Shown piece by piece: positions 16,811 to 26,890 of a DNA stretch of 43,247 nucleotides; the first letter of the stretch is position 1, and every line of letters begins with the position of its first letter. This stretch comes from a virus. Its lineage: Duplodnaviria; Heunggongvirae; Uroviricota; Caudoviricetes. A program made the position numbers and the translations under genes. The notes beneath the pieces were generated by a model. The model ran no database searches. It was given only the letters and a program-made list of their open reading frames with translations, and was not told the DNA's origin. The DNA is taken from IMG/VR virus record IMGVR_UViG_2540341091_000003, positions 1-43,247 of that record. One strand, given 5' to 3'.

Positions 16811-17137
16811 ATGCCTCATAACCCAAATACCTGGCTGGACTTGGTCCAGAGCTGGTGGCGTGGAGACACACCGCTGGGTGCAGTGATTATGTCGATTGTT
16901 ATGGCTGGTTTACGTATCGCCTATTTTGGCGGTGGTGGCGGCTGGAAGCGAAAAACACTCGAAATTCTACTCTGTGGCGCTCTGACGCTGACTTTTGCAT
17001 CCGCTCTTGAGTATGTCGGATGGCCTAAATCACTATCTGTTGCCATTGGTGGTGGGGTGGGGCTGATCGGTGTCGATGCTATTCGTGGGGCTGCAATGCG
17101 AGTAATCGGTAACAAATTTGGTGGCTCTAAGGAGTAA
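16811..17137 (+). CDS. Holin (lambda S-like, class I)
   Basis: Start set at internal ATG 16811; 108-aa product with hydrophobic segments and a charged C-terminus, immediately upstream of the endolysin. Confidence 0.65.
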   Translation: MPHNPNTWLDLVQSWWRGDTPLGAVIMSIVMAGLRIAYFGGGGGWKRKTLEILLCGALTLTFASALEYVGWPKSLSVAIGGGVGLIGVDAIRGAAMRVIGNKFGGSKE

Positions 17138-17140
17138 TTT

Positions 17141-17617
17141 ATGCAGGTACTAAATTCCCAGCGTAAAGCTTTCCTTGATATGGTGGCTTGGTCAGAAGGA
17201 ACGGATAACGGACGACAACCGACACGTAACCACGGTTATGACGTTATTGTCGGTGGTGAACTCTTCACTGATTACTCCGATCACCCTCGCAAACTTGTCA
17301 CGCTAAACCCGAAACTCAAGTCAACAGCCGCCGGACGTTACCAGCTTCTTTCACGCTGGTGGGATGCTTACCGTAAACAGCTTGGCCTGAAAGATTTTTC
17401 TCCAGAAAGCCAGGACGCTGTAGCTCTGCAGCAGATTAAAGAGCGTGGCGCTTTACCGATGATTGACCGTGGCAATATTCGTCAGGCAATCGACCGTTGC
17501 AGCAATATCTGGGCGTCATTACCTGGTGCAGGTTACGGTCAGTATGAACATAAAATCGGTGACCTGATTGCACGGTTTGAAGAGGCTGGTGGGGTGATAA
17601 ATGAAGTTGAGCTATAA
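17141..17617 (+). CDS. Endolysin, lambda R-type lytic transglycosylase
   Basis: ...NSQRKAFLDMVAWSEGTDNGRQPTRNHGYDVIVGGELFTDYSDHPRKLVTLNPKLKSTAAGRYQLLSRWWDAYRKQLGLKDF... is near-identical to lambda R as I recall it. Confidence 0.9.
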   Translation: MQVLNSQRKAFLDMVAWSEGTDNGRQPTRNHGYDVIVGGELFTDYSDHPRKLVTLNPKLKSTAAGRYQLLSRWWDAYRKQLGLKDFSPESQDAVALQQIKERGALPMIDRGNIRQAIDRCSNIWASLPGAGYGQYEHKIGDLIARFEEAGGVINEVEL

Positions 17618-17981
17618 GCTGGTTATCGCTGCTTTCTTCGTTACTGTCATTGGTTCTTTCATCTGGTCAGCCAACCACTACTACAGCAAATATCAGTACG
17701 AAAAGAAACGTGCTGATGAGGCTGAACGAAATGCTGGATCAGCAACAGCCATTACCAATAACGTCCTGCAATCACTGCAAATCGTCAATACAGTACTGGA
17801 GGCTAACCAGCATGCAAAACAGCAGATCGCACTGGAGTCACAGAGAACCCAGGAAGATATCAAAATGGCTGTTGCGGATGATGATTGTGCTTCACGTGCT
17901 GTGCCTGCTGCCGCTGCTGACCGGTTGCGGAAGTACGCGGACAGTTTACGTGAGCACTCCGGTTACACCACTACCAACTAG
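17601..17981 (+). CDS. Rz-like inner-membrane spanin
   Basis: N-terminal TM (LVIAAFFVTVIGSFIW) followed by a coiled-coil-like region; directly after the endolysin. Confidence 0.7.
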   Translation: MKLSYKLVIAAFFVTVIGSFIWSANHYYSKYQYEKKRADEAERNAGSATAITNNVLQSLQIVNTVLEANQHAKQQIALESQRTQEDIKMAVADDDCASRAVPAAAADRLRKYADSLREHSGYTTTN

Positions 17982-18132
17982 TCTGACTTCTGAATCACCT
18001 GTGCCGCTCATACCAGAGCCCCTGACGTATGGTGCCAGCCTAGAGTTGAATGTTAATCTGTTGTCAGCGTTAGGGCAATGTAATCGGGATAAAGTCGACA
18101 TTCGCCGAATTGAGAAGCAGAGGATGAAATGA
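17878..18132 (+). CDS. Rz1-like outer-membrane lipoprotein spanin (overlapping Rz in the +1 frame and extending past it)
   Basis: MMIVLHVLCLLPLLTGCGS... signal peptide with lipobox LLTGC, then a proline-rich segment. Confidence 0.55.
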   Translation: MMIVLHVLCLLPLLTGCGSTRTVYVSTPVTPLPTSLTSESPVPLIPEPLTYGASLELNVNLLSALGQCNRDKVDIRRIEKQRMK

Positions 18133-18244
18133 GGCTATTATATTCGCTGATTAAATGCAGTATTAGTTAGAAAGTGAATACAGGGAAAATAGAATAACGT
18201 CAGATAAATAATAGCGTTTGGCATATACCAAACGCCAATTCACA

Positions 18245-18427
18245 TTAATACTGTTCGTCTCGATATTCTTTTAAAGAGGCTCCGCTGAAGTATGTTCGCT
18301 CAACGTTTTCTTTATTAAACCATTCACAGAGGTACTGTTCTCGTTCATCATCAAAATGACTAACAGTCATAAGAGGGCTGCCAGATTTAAGTTGAACAAC
18401 AGTTCCGTCAGAAAAACGTACAGACAT
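18245..18427 (-). CDS. Small conserved hypothetical protein (60 aa)
   Basis: MSVRFSDGTVVQLKSGSPLMTVSHFDDEREQYLCEWFN...; followed on its strand by a hairpin (GCGTTTGG-N6-CCAAACGC at ~18213-18234). Confidence 0.5.
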   Translation of the reverse strand: MSVRFSDGTVVQLKSGSPLMTVSHFDDEREQYLCEWFNKENVERTYFSGASLKEYRDEQY

Positions 18428-18706
18428 GTATATATCTCATCTAAAAAGTAAGGGAAAAGGCATTCATCAACCAGCGAGAGATGCTTGGCGAGAATGCTAC
18501 TTTGGTATCAATACCATGTAAGCGGTTGTTTAAGAGAAGCATAAAATCAATATTACTAACCGCACAATTTTTGAGATGTTTTCCAAAAAATGATGTCCAA
18601 TCAAAGGTCGCTTAATCTTAAGTGCAATGCAATAACCTAATTATTGCATATGTGATCTTCATCATGAATTGTTGATGAAATGTTGCATTAGTTTGAGAGA
18701 TAAATA

Positions 18707-19057
18707 ATGCCCCTACGAACCCCAAAAGCCTGCCGTGTTCGCGGCTGCCGCCATACCACAACTGACCCGTCAGGCTATTGCGAAAGCCACAAAAGCGAGG
18801 GCTGGAAGCAATACAAGCCAGGACAATCCCGTCATCAGCGCGGTTATGGTTCGAAATGGGATGCTATCCGTGAACGTGTGCTGAAGCGTGACAAAGGCCT
18901 GTGTCAGTTATGTCTGCGTGCTGGTGTGGTGCGTGAGGCGAAAACCGTTGACCACATCATCCCTAAAGCGCATGGCGGCACAGATGCCGACAGTAATCTG
19001 CAGAGCCTGTGCTGGCCGTGTCATAAGGCGAAGACGGCCCGTGAACGGCTGAGGTGA
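18707..19057 (+). CDS. HNH endonuclease (terminase-associated)
   Basis: ...CQLCLRAGVVREAKTVDHIIPKAHGGTDADSNLQSLCWPCHKAKT... HNH motif; located just upstream of the small terminase. Confidence 0.85.
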   Translation: MPLRTPKACRVRGCRHTTTDPSGYCESHKSEGWKQYKPGQSRHQRGYGSKWDAIRERVLKRDKGLCQLCLRAGVVREAKTVDHIIPKAHGGTDADSNLQSLCWPCHKAKTARERLR

Positions 19058-19173
19058 GAACCAGTTCCCACTGCCAGAGGGGAGGGGCGGGTCAAATCCC
19101 TGTGACCTGACGTCTTCCGGACTGCCCGCCCCATCGTTTTTTTATACCCGCGAAAAATGAAATTTAACCAGGA

Positions 19174-19677
19174 GTGCCGCATATGGCTGGAACGGCGGGG
19201 CGTTCCGGGCGTCGCCCCAAGCCAACGGCGCGCAAGGCGCTGGCCGGAAACCCCGGCAAGCGAGCCCTGAACAAAGATGAACCTGTTTTTACGCCCATCA
19301 AAGGTGTTGAGCCACCGGAGTGGTTCGCAGAAGAAGATCTCCCTCTCGCCACGATCATGTGGCAACTGACAACCAAAGAACTCTGCGGTCAGGGCCTGCT
19401 GTGCGTGACTGACCTGGCGGTACTTGAGCGGTGGTGCGTGGCCTATGAGTTCTGGCGACGTGCCGTGAAAAATATTGCCAGCCAGGGCAACACCATCACC
19501 GGCGCAATGGGCGGCAGGGTCAAAAACCCGGAGCTGACCGCCAAGAAAGAACAGGAGTCCGAGATGAGCAGCACGGGGGCAATGCTCGGACTCGACCCCA
19601 GCAGCCGCCAGCGTCTGATAGGCCTGGCGGGGCAGAAGAAAGCCACTAACCCGTTTCTGAAAATCATCGAATCATGA
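19174..19677 (+). CDS. Terminase small subunit (P27-like)
   Basis: Basic N-terminus ([29 protein letters not shown]), ~165 aa, immediately upstream of and overlapping the large terminase. Confidence 0.75.
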   Translation: MPHMAGTAGRSGRRPKPTARKALAGNPGKRALNKDEPVFTPIKGVEPPEWFAEEDLPLATIMWQLTTKELCGQGLLCVTDLAVLERWCVAYEFWRRAVKNIASQGNTITGAMGGRVKNPELTAKKEQESEMSSTGAMLGLDPSSRQRLIGLAGQKKATNPFLKIIES

Positions 19678-21407
19678 GCCGGAAATCTTACCCCAACGTA
19701 AATGCTGCCAATCAGTATGCCCGTGATGTCGTGCGGGGAAAGATTGTGGCCTGCCAGTTTGTGATTCAGGCCTGCCAGCGCCATCTTGATGACCTGATGG
19801 CGGAAAAAAGTAAGTCGTTTCGTTACCGCTTCGACAAGGACCTGGCTGAACGGGCCGCCAAATTTATTCAGCTGTTGCCGCACACCAAGGGTGAGTGGGC
19901 ATTTAAGAGGATGCCCATCACGCTGGAGCCGTGGCAGCTCTTTGTGATCTGCTGCGCGTTTGGCTGGGTCAATAAAGGCTCCCGGCTGCGCCGCTTCCGT
20001 GAGGTGTATACCGAAATCCCCCGTAAGAACGGCAAATCGGCAATCTCTGCCGGTGTCGCCCTGTATTGTTTTGCCTGTGATAACGAGTTTGGCGCGGAAG
20101 TGTATTCCGGTGCCACGACAGAGAAACAGGCGTGGGAAGTCTTTCGCCCGGCGCGACTGATGTGTAAACGCACACCCATGCTGACGGAAGCGTTCGGGAT
20201 TGAGGTTAACGCCTCAAACATGAACCGTCCGGAGGATGGCGCGCGGTTTGAACCGCTGATCGGTAACCCCGGTGATGGATCATCACCCCACTGTGCGGTG
20301 GTGGATGAATATCACGAGCACGCCACCGATGCGCTTTACACCACGATGCTTACCGGGATGGGGGCGCGACGTCAGCCACTGATGTGGGCCATTACTACTG
20401 CCGGGTACAACATTGAGGGGCCGTGCTACGACAAACGGCGGGAAGTCATCGAGATGCTCAACGGCTCGGTGCCTAACGATGAACTGTTCGGGATCATCTA
20501 TACCGTTGATGAAGGTGACGACTGGACCGACCCGCAGGTGCTGGAAAAAGCCAATCCAAATATTGGCGTGTCGGTTTATCGCGAATTTTTGTTAAGTCAG
20601 CAGCAGCGTGCGAAAAATAACGCCCGTCTGGCAAACGTCTTTAAAACAAAACACCTCAATATCTGGGTGTCGGCACGTTCGGCGTATTTCAACCTGGTGA
20701 GCTGGCAGAGCTGCGAGGATAAATCACTGACCCTTGAGCAGTTCGAGGGGCAGCCGTGCATTCTGGCCTTTGACCTGGCGCGTAAGCTGGATATGAACAG
20801 CATGGCGCGACTTTATACCCGCGAGATTGACGGTAAAACGCATTACTACAGTGTAGCCCCGCGTTTCTGGGTACCGTATGACACGGTGTACAGCGTCGAG
20901 AAAAATGAAGATCGCCGGACAGCCGAACGCTTTCAGAAATGGGTGGAAATGGGCGTTCTGACTGTTACCGCTGGTGCGGAGGTGGATTATCGCTACATCC
21001 TCGAGGAGGCCAAAGCGGCGAACAAAATCAGCCCGGTCAGTGAGTCACCCATCGACCCCTTCGGGGCGACCGGGTTGTCACATGACCTTGCTGATGAAGA
21101 CCTGAACCCCATCACTATCATTCAGAACTACACCAACATGTCCGACCCGATGAAAGAGCTGGAAGCGGCAATTGAATCGGGGCGCTTTCATCATGATGGC
21201 AATCCCATCATGACCTGGTGTATCGGCAACGTGGTCGGCAAAACCATTCCGGGTAACGATGATGTGGTGAAGCCCGTCAAAGAGCAGGCGGAAAACAAAA
21301 TCGATGGTGCAGTTGCGCTGATTATGGCGGTTGGCAGAGCCATGCTGTACGAGAAAGAAGACACGCTGTCTGACCACATTGAGTCCTATGGGATCCGCTC
21401 GCTTTAA
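19674..21407 (+). CDS. Terminase large subunit
   Basis: 577 aa in the packaging position; ...PRKNGKS... P-loop-like motif and an acidic ...[10 protein letters not shown]... Walker-B-like segment. Confidence 0.92.
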
Positions 21408-21418
21408 CTGAGGTAATT

Positions 21419-21601
21419 ATGATCATGCTGATTCTCGCGCCTCTGGTGGGCGTGCTGGGGGCGCTTTTGCTGGCGTATGGTGCCTGGCTGATTTATCCCC
21501 CGGCGGGGTTTGTTGTTGCCGGGGCGTTGTGTCTGTTCTGGTCGTGGCTGGTGGCGCGATATCTCGACCGTACACAGTCGTCTGTCGGCGGAGGTAAATA
21601 G
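21419..21601 (+). CDS. Small hydrophobic protein (60 aa)
   Basis: Two hydrophobic segments; between terminase and portal. Confidence 0.4.
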
Positions 21602-22842
21602 TGTTCTTTTCGGGATTATTTCAACGAAAAAGTGACGCACCGGTGACCACGCCAGCAGAGCTGGCGGATGCTATCGGGCTGTCATACGACACCTATACCG
21701 GAAAGCAGATCAGCAGCCAGAGGGCCATGCGACTGACGGCGGTTTTTTCCTGCGTCAGGGTGCTGGCGGAGTCGGTCGGGATGTTGCCCTGCAACCTGTA
21801 TCACCTGAACGGCAGCCTGAAGCAGAGAGCCACTGGCGAACGTCTGCATAAGCTGATCTCCACGCATCCCAATGGCTATATGACGCCGCAGGAGTTCTGG
21901 GAGCTGGTGGTCACCTGTCTGTGCCTGCGGGGAAACTTTTACGCCTACAAAGTGAAAGCATTTGGCGAAGTGGCTGAACTGCTGCCCGTCGATCCCGGCT
22001 GTGTGGTACCGAAGCTTAACAGTAGCTGGGAGCCGGTCTATCAGGTCACATTCCCGGATGGCTCCACGGATGTACTGAGCCAGGAGGATATCTGGCATGT
22101 GCGCACGCTAACGCTGGACGGACTGGTGGGGCTGAATCCCATCGCCTATGCCCGCGAGGCAATATCGCTGGCGGCAGCGACCGAAGAGCACGGGGCCAGA
22201 CTGTTCAGCAATGGCGCGGTGACGTCGGGTGTGTTGCGTACAGAGCAGACGCTGTCAGATCAGGCTTATGAGCGCCTGAAGAAAGATTTTGAGGAGCGTC
22301 ACACCGGGCTTGGCAATGCTCACCGCCCGATGATCCTTGAGATGGGGCTGGACTGGAAGTCGATGGCGCTGAACGCCGAGGACAGCCAGTTCCTGGAAAC
22401 CCGCAAGTTTCAGCTTGAAGAAATCTGTCGTCTGTTCCGGGTACCGTTGCACATGGTGCAGAACACCGATCGCGCCACCTTCAACAATATCGAAGAACTG
22501 GGGCTCGGATTTATCAACTATTCACTGGTGCCGTATCTGACCCGCATCGAACAGCGGATCAACACCGGACTGGTACGAAAAAGTAAGCAGGGCGTTTATT
22601 ACGCCAAATTTAACGCCGGGGCGTTACTGCGCGGGGATATGAAGTCCCGTTTTGAAGCCTACGCCACCGGGATTAACTGGGGAATTTACTCTCCCAATGA
22701 CTGCCGCGACCTGGAAGATATGAATCCGCGTCCCGGTGGTGATGTCTATCTCACACCGATGAACATGACCACGAAACCCTCCGATGGCAGTAAGGCCGGT
22801 AAGCAGAAGGATAACGCCAATGCAGACGAAACAACGTCTTGA
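21601..22842 (+). CDS. Portal protein (HK97 family)
   Basis: 413 aa following the terminase; GTG start per the ORF track. Confidence 0.88.
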   Translation: MFFSGLFQRKSDAPVTTPAELADAIGLSYDTYTGKQISSQRAMRLTAVFSCVRVLAESVGMLPCNLYHLNGSLKQRATGERLHKLISTHPNGYMTPQEFWELVVTCLCLRGNFYAYKVKAFGEVAELLPVDPGCVVPKLNSSWEPVYQVTFPDGSTDVLSQEDIWHVRTLTLDGLVGLNPIAYAREAISLAAATEEHGARLFSNGAVTSGVLRTEQTLSDQAYERLKKDFEERHTGLGNAHRPMILEMGLDWKSMALNAEDSQFLETRKFQLEEICRLFRVPLHMVQNTDRATFNNIEELGLGFINYSLVPYLTRIEQRINTGLVRKSKQGVYYAKFNAGALLRGDMKSRFEAYATGINWGIYSPNDCRDLEDMNPRPGGDVYLTPMNMTTKPSDGSKAGKQKDNANADETTS

Positions 22843-23470
22843 TGTACCGCTGAGTCTGAAATCTGTCAGTGACTCCGGTGAGTTTGAAGGGTATGGCTCC
22901 GTCTTTGGTGTAAAGGACAGCCACGATGATGTGGTGATGTCCGGGGCATTTGCTGCTTCCCTGCGGGCGTGGAGTGACAGAAAAGCGTTACCTGCGCTGC
23001 TCTGGCAGCACCGCATGGATGAACCCATCGGTGTTTACACCGAAATGAAGGAAGACGATGTCGGGCTTTACGTCAGGGGACGGTTGCTTATTGATGATGA
23101 TCCCCTGGCAAAACGCGCACATGCACACATGAAGGCCGGTTCGTTAACCGGCCTTTCTATTGGGTACGTCCTGAAAGACTGGGAATACGACCGGACGAAA
23201 GAAGCCTTTTTGCTGAAAGAAATCGACCTCTGGGAAGTCAGTCTGGTGACGTTTCCGTCTAACGACGAGGCGCGGATCAGCGACGTCAAGAACGCGCTGG
23301 CCCGCGGGGAAATCCCTGAACAGAAAAAAATCGAAAGAGTCCTGCGTGATGTCGGACTCTCCCGTACCCAGGCCAAAGCATTCATGGCCGGGGGCTATGG
23401 CGCACTGTCCCTGCGCGACGCTGAGGATGTGGGCTCTGCACTGAATGCACTGAAAAATCTGAACTTCTAA
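22820..23470 (+). CDS. Prohead serine protease (HK97 family)
   Basis: ~216 aa between portal and major capsid; ...GYGSVFGVKDSHDDVVMSGAF... start set at internal ATG 22820. Confidence 0.8.
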   Translation: MQTKQRLDVPLSLKSVSDSGEFEGYGSVFGVKDSHDDVVMSGAFAASLRAWSDRKALPALLWQHRMDEPIGVYTEMKEDDVGLYVRGRLLIDDDPLAKRAHAHMKAGSLTGLSIGYVLKDWEYDRTKEAFLLKEIDLWEVSLVTFPSNDEARISDVKNALARGEIPEQKKIERVLRDVGLSRTQAKAFMAGGYGALSLRDAEDVGSALNALKNLNF

Positions 23471-23484
23471 TCAGGAGAAATACG

Positions 23485-24690
23485 ATGGCGGTTGATATTA
23501 AAGATGTGGAACAGGTCGCGCAGGAGCTGCAGCAGAAGTTTGACGACTTCAAGGCAAAGAACGACAAGCGCGTGGATGCGATTGAGCAGGAAAAAGGCAA
23601 ACTTGCCGGGCAGGTGGAAACCCTGAACGGGAAACTCAGCGAGCTGGAAAATCTCAAAAGCGACCTTGAAAAAGAGCTGCTTGAGCTGAAACGTCCGGCA
23701 GGTGGTGTGCAAAATAAACTGGCCACTGAGCATAAAGAAGCGTTTGTGGGCTTTCTGCGTAAAGGCCGTGAAGACGGTCTGCGCGATCTGGAGCGCAAGG
23801 CATTACAGGTGGGCACCGATGAAGACGGTGGCTATGCCGTGCCGGAAGCACTGGATCGCAACATTCTCACCCTGCTGAAAGATGAAGTGGTGATGCGCCA
23901 GGAAGCCACGGTGATCACTGTTGGCGGTTCCGACTACAAAAAACTGGTGAATCTGGGCGGCACGGCTTCCGGATGGGTGGGCGAGACTGACGCGCGCTCC
24001 CAGACTGCCACCTCAAAACTGGGGCTGATTGAACCTTTCATGGGGGAAATCTACGGTAACCCGCAGGCCACTCAGAAAATGCTGGATGATGCCTTCTTCA
24101 ACGTGGAGGCCTGGATCAACAGCGAGCTGGCGACCGAATTTGCTGAACAGGAAGAAATTGCCTTTACCACCGGTGATGGCACCAAGAAGCCAAAAGGGTT
24201 CCTGGCGTATGAATCCACCGATGAAACCGATAAGGTTCGTGCGTTCGGTAAACTTCAGCATATTGTATCCGGTGAAGCGACGACGGTGACCGCAGACGCC
24301 ATTATCAAACTGATTTACACGCTGCGTAAGGCACACCGCACTGGCGCGAAGTTCATGATGAACAACAACAGCCTGTTTGCCATCCGTCTGTTGAAAGACA
24401 CCGAGGGTAACTATCTGTGGCGTCCGGGGCTGGAGCTGGGGCAACCGTCCTCTCTGGCGGGTTACGGTATCGCTGAAAACGAACAGATGCCGGATATCGC
24501 CGCTGATGCGAAAGCTATTGCATTTGGTAACTTCAAGCGGGGTTACACCATCGTTGACCGTATCGGTACCCGCATTCTGCGTGATCCGTACACCAATAAA
24601 CCATTTGTCGGTTTTTATACCACCAAGCGCACCGGCGGCATGCTGGTCGATTCGCAGGCCATCAAACTGCTGAAGATTGCAGCGGCGTAA
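23485..24690 (+). CDS. Major capsid protein (HK97 fold)
   Basis: 401 aa with an N-terminal coiled-coil delta-like domain (LQQKFDDFKAKNDKRVDAIEQEKGKLAGQVETLNGKLSELENLKSDLEKELLELKRP), after the protease. Confidence 0.9.
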   Translation: MAVDIKDVEQVAQELQQKFDDFKAKNDKRVDAIEQEKGKLAGQVETLNGKLSELENLKSDLEKELLELKRPAGGVQNKLATEHKEAFVGFLRKGREDGLRDLERKALQVGTDEDGGYAVPEALDRNILTLLKDEVVMRQEATVITVGGSDYKKLVNLGGTASGWVGETDARSQTATSKLGLIEPFMGEIYGNPQATQKMLDDAFFNVEAWINSELATEFAEQEEIAFTTGDGTKKPKGFLAYESTDETDKVRAFGKLQHIVSGEATTVTADAIIKLIYTLRKAHRTGAKFMMNNNSLFAIRLLKDTEGNYLWRPGLELGQPSSLAGYGIAENEQMPDIAADAKAIAFGNFKRGYTIVDRIGTRILRDPYTNKPFVGFYTTKRTGGMLVDSQAIKLLKIAAA

Positions 24691-24739
24691 TCATTCATGG
24701 GCGCGGAACCGCGCCCCCTGTTCTGACGGGTGAAGAATC

Positions 24740-24940
24740 ATGATCCTGAAACAAGATCTGAAATGGTCACCGGACGGTATGCGTGTTGAGGTCATTCGGG
24801 CCGGTGAGTATGACGACGGGGCGCTTCCTGCCCGTGTGCAGGAGATTGCACTTCAGGCCGGGTTAGCAGAGCGCGGAATCAGTGCAAAAAGCAGTAAAGC
24901 GGCAAAAGAGAAAAAAGCCACGACCAGTAAAGAGGGCTGA
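24740..24940 (+). CDS. Small hypothetical head-module protein (66 aa)
   Basis: ORF between capsid and connector genes; lysine-rich C-terminus. Confidence 0.4.
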   Translation: MILKQDLKWSPDGMRVEVIRAGEYDDGALPARVQEIALQAGLAERGISAKSSKAAKEKKATTSKEG

Positions 24941-24942
24941 GC

Positions 24943-25266
24943 ATGCTTCTGACAATGGAAGAGATTAAAGCCCAACTCCGGCTGGATGAGGATTTCGATA
25001 CTGATGACCGCCATCTGCAACTGCTGGCCTGTGCGGCACAAAAGCGGACGGAAACGTATCTGAACCGGAAGCTCTATGCACCGCATGAAACCATTCCGGA
25101 CAGCGATCCGGACGGGCTGCACCTGCCGGATGATATTCGTCTGGGGATGCTGATGCTTATCAGCCATTTTTACGAAAACCGCTCGTCGGTTACGGAAGTG
25201 GAGAAACTCGACATGCCGCAGAGTTTTGGCTGGCTTGTCGGCCCGTACAGGTACTTTCCGCAATGA
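24943..25266 (+). CDS. Head-tail connector protein (gp6-like)
   Basis: MLLTMEEIKAQLRLDEDFDTDDRHLQLL... typical N-terminus of this family. Confidence 0.7.
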   Translation: MLLTMEEIKAQLRLDEDFDTDDRHLQLLACAAQKRTETYLNRKLYAPHETIPDSDPDGLHLPDDIRLGMLMLISHFYENRSSVTEVEKLDMPQSFGWLVGPYRYFPQ

Positions 25267-25673
25267 AAATTCGTCAGGCGCAGACCAGCGCAACCTACAT
25301 TCTGCCGGACCCCGGTGAACTGAATAAACGCGTCCTGATCCGCCAGCGGGTGGATATGCCCGCGGATAACTTTGGCGTGGAGTCTCAATACCCGGTTACG
25401 TTCCGGACATGGGCGAAGGTTATCCAGACCAGTGCCACCACCTGGCAGGAAACCGCGCAGACCGGGGACGCCATCACCCATTACATCACCATTCGCTACC
25501 GCCGGGGGATCACCGCTGATTATGAGGTGGTCTGCGGTGACAGTGTGTACCGGGTGAAACGTCAGCGCGATCTGAACGGGGCGCGGCGCTTTCTGCTGCT
25601 GGAGTGTACGGAACTGGGCGAATTTACGCAGAGTCACGGAGGCAGCAATGGCGACTTCCTTTTTTCACGTTGA
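25263..25673 (+). CDS. Head closure / head-tail adaptor protein
   Basis: 136-aa ORF translationally coupled in the head-tail joining block. Confidence 0.6.
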   Translation: MKIRQAQTSATYILPDPGELNKRVLIRQRVDMPADNFGVESQYPVTFRTWAKVIQTSATTWQETAQTGDAITHYITIRYRRGITADYEVVCGDSVYRVKRQRDLNGARRFLLLECTELGEFTQSHGGSNGDFLFSR

Positions 25674-26154
25674 TTTTCAGCAGCCCGCCGAGATGCGCTT
25701 TAACCGCGCCCGTGTCCGGCGGGCGTTTGTCACGATTGGGCAGCGTCATATGCGTGATGCCCGTCGGCTGGTGATGCGCCGTGCGCGGTCGGCACCAGGT
25801 GAAAACCCCGGTTATCAGACCGGACGCCTGGCTCGTTCGATTGGTTACATGGTGCCGAGAGCCAGTAAAAAGCGAGCCGGTTTTATGACACGCATTGCCC
25901 CTAACCAGCGCAACGGGAGGGGGAACCGGATGATCTCTGGTGACTTCTATCCGGCGTTTCTGTTTTTTGGTGTCCGGGGAGGAGCAAAACGTCGTCGCAG
26001 TCATCATCGTGGTGCATCCGGTGGCAGCGGCTGGCGACTGGCTCCACGTAATAACTTCATGGTGGAAACTCTTGAAAAGAACCGCAGCTGGACACGCTAT
26101 TTTCTGGCGCGGGAATTGCGTAAATCACTGAAGCCGGAGCGACGACACAGATGA
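25648..26154 (+). CDS. Neck/tail component (HK97 gp10-like), basic
   Basis: Arg-rich 168-aa ORF in the conserved position. Confidence 0.5.
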   Translation: MATSFFHVDFQQPAEMRFNRARVRRAFVTIGQRHMRDARRLVMRRARSAPGENPGYQTGRLARSIGYMVPRASKKRAGFMTRIAPNQRNGRGNRMISGDFYPAFLFFGVRGGAKRRRSHHRGASGGSGWRLAPRNNFMVETLEKNRSWTRYFLARELRKSLKPERRHR

Positions 26155-26711
26155 AACTGACGCCTGTTATTGCTGCGCTGCGTGCCCGCTGCCCGTATTT
26201 TGAAAACCGGGTGGCAGGCGCGGCACAGTTCAAAAATCTGCCGGAGGTCGGAAAGCTGAGACTCCCGGCGGCGTATGTGGTACCGGGGGATGATTCTCCG
26301 GGAGAAAACAAAAGCCAGACCGACTACTGGCAGGAGCTGAAAGAGGGCTTCTCCGTGGTTGTCATACTGAGTAACGGGCGTGATGAGCGCGGTCAGTTTG
26401 CTTCGTATGATGTGGTGGACGATGTCCGGCAGATGCTCTTTAAGGCCCTGCTGGGCTGGAACCCGGAAGAGTGCGGTAACCCGATTAACTATGACGGCGG
26501 CACGCTGCTGGATCTGAATCGTCATGAGCTGATTTATCAGTTCGATTTTTCGATCATCAGCGAGCTGACTGAAGACGATACCCGCCAGCAGGATGACCTG
26601 AACAGTCTGGATGAACTGCGAACGCTGGCGATTGATGTTGATTATCTCGATCCCGGTAACGGGCCTGACGGCGATATCGAACATCACACCGAAATAACCC
26701 TTCCTTCCTGA
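26151..26711 (+). CDS. Tail completion / sheath-stabiliser-like protein
   Basis: 186-aa ORF immediately upstream of the sheath gene. Confidence 0.5.
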   Translation: MKLTPVIAALRARCPYFENRVAGAAQFKNLPEVGKLRLPAAYVVPGDDSPGENKSQTDYWQELKEGFSVVVILSNGRDERGQFASYDVVDDVRQMLFKALLGWNPEECGNPINYDGGTLLDLNRHELIYQFDFSIISELTEDDTRQQDDLNSLDELRTLAIDVDYLDPGNGPDGDIEHHTEITLPS

Positions 26712-26719
26712 GAATCTTC

Positions 26720-26890
26720 ATGTTTGTGAAACCTGTTAAAGGGCGGTCAGTGCCTGACCCTGCCCGCGGTGACCTTTTGCCCGCCGAAGGGCGAAATGTT
26801 GACGAGAACAACTACTGGCTGCGCCGTGAAGCTGCGGGTGATATCCGGCGCGTGAATAAAAAGGTGAACACCGATGACGATAAGCTTTAA
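26720..26890 (+). CDS. Small protein (56 aa) upstream of the tail sheath; not in the supplied ORF track
   Basis: ATG 26720 to TAA 26888-26890 gives MFVKPVKGRSVPDPARGDLLPAEGRNVDENNYWLRREAAGDIRRVNKKVNTDDDKL; overlaps the sheath start. Confidence 0.4.
   Translation: MFVKPVKGRSVPDPARGDLLPAEGRNVDENNYWLRREAAGDIRRVNKKVNTDDDKL

Noticed and set aside
23382-23816. Ser/Arg-rich 144-aa minus-strand ORF
   Set aside because: Antisense to the major capsid gene; low-complexity composition.
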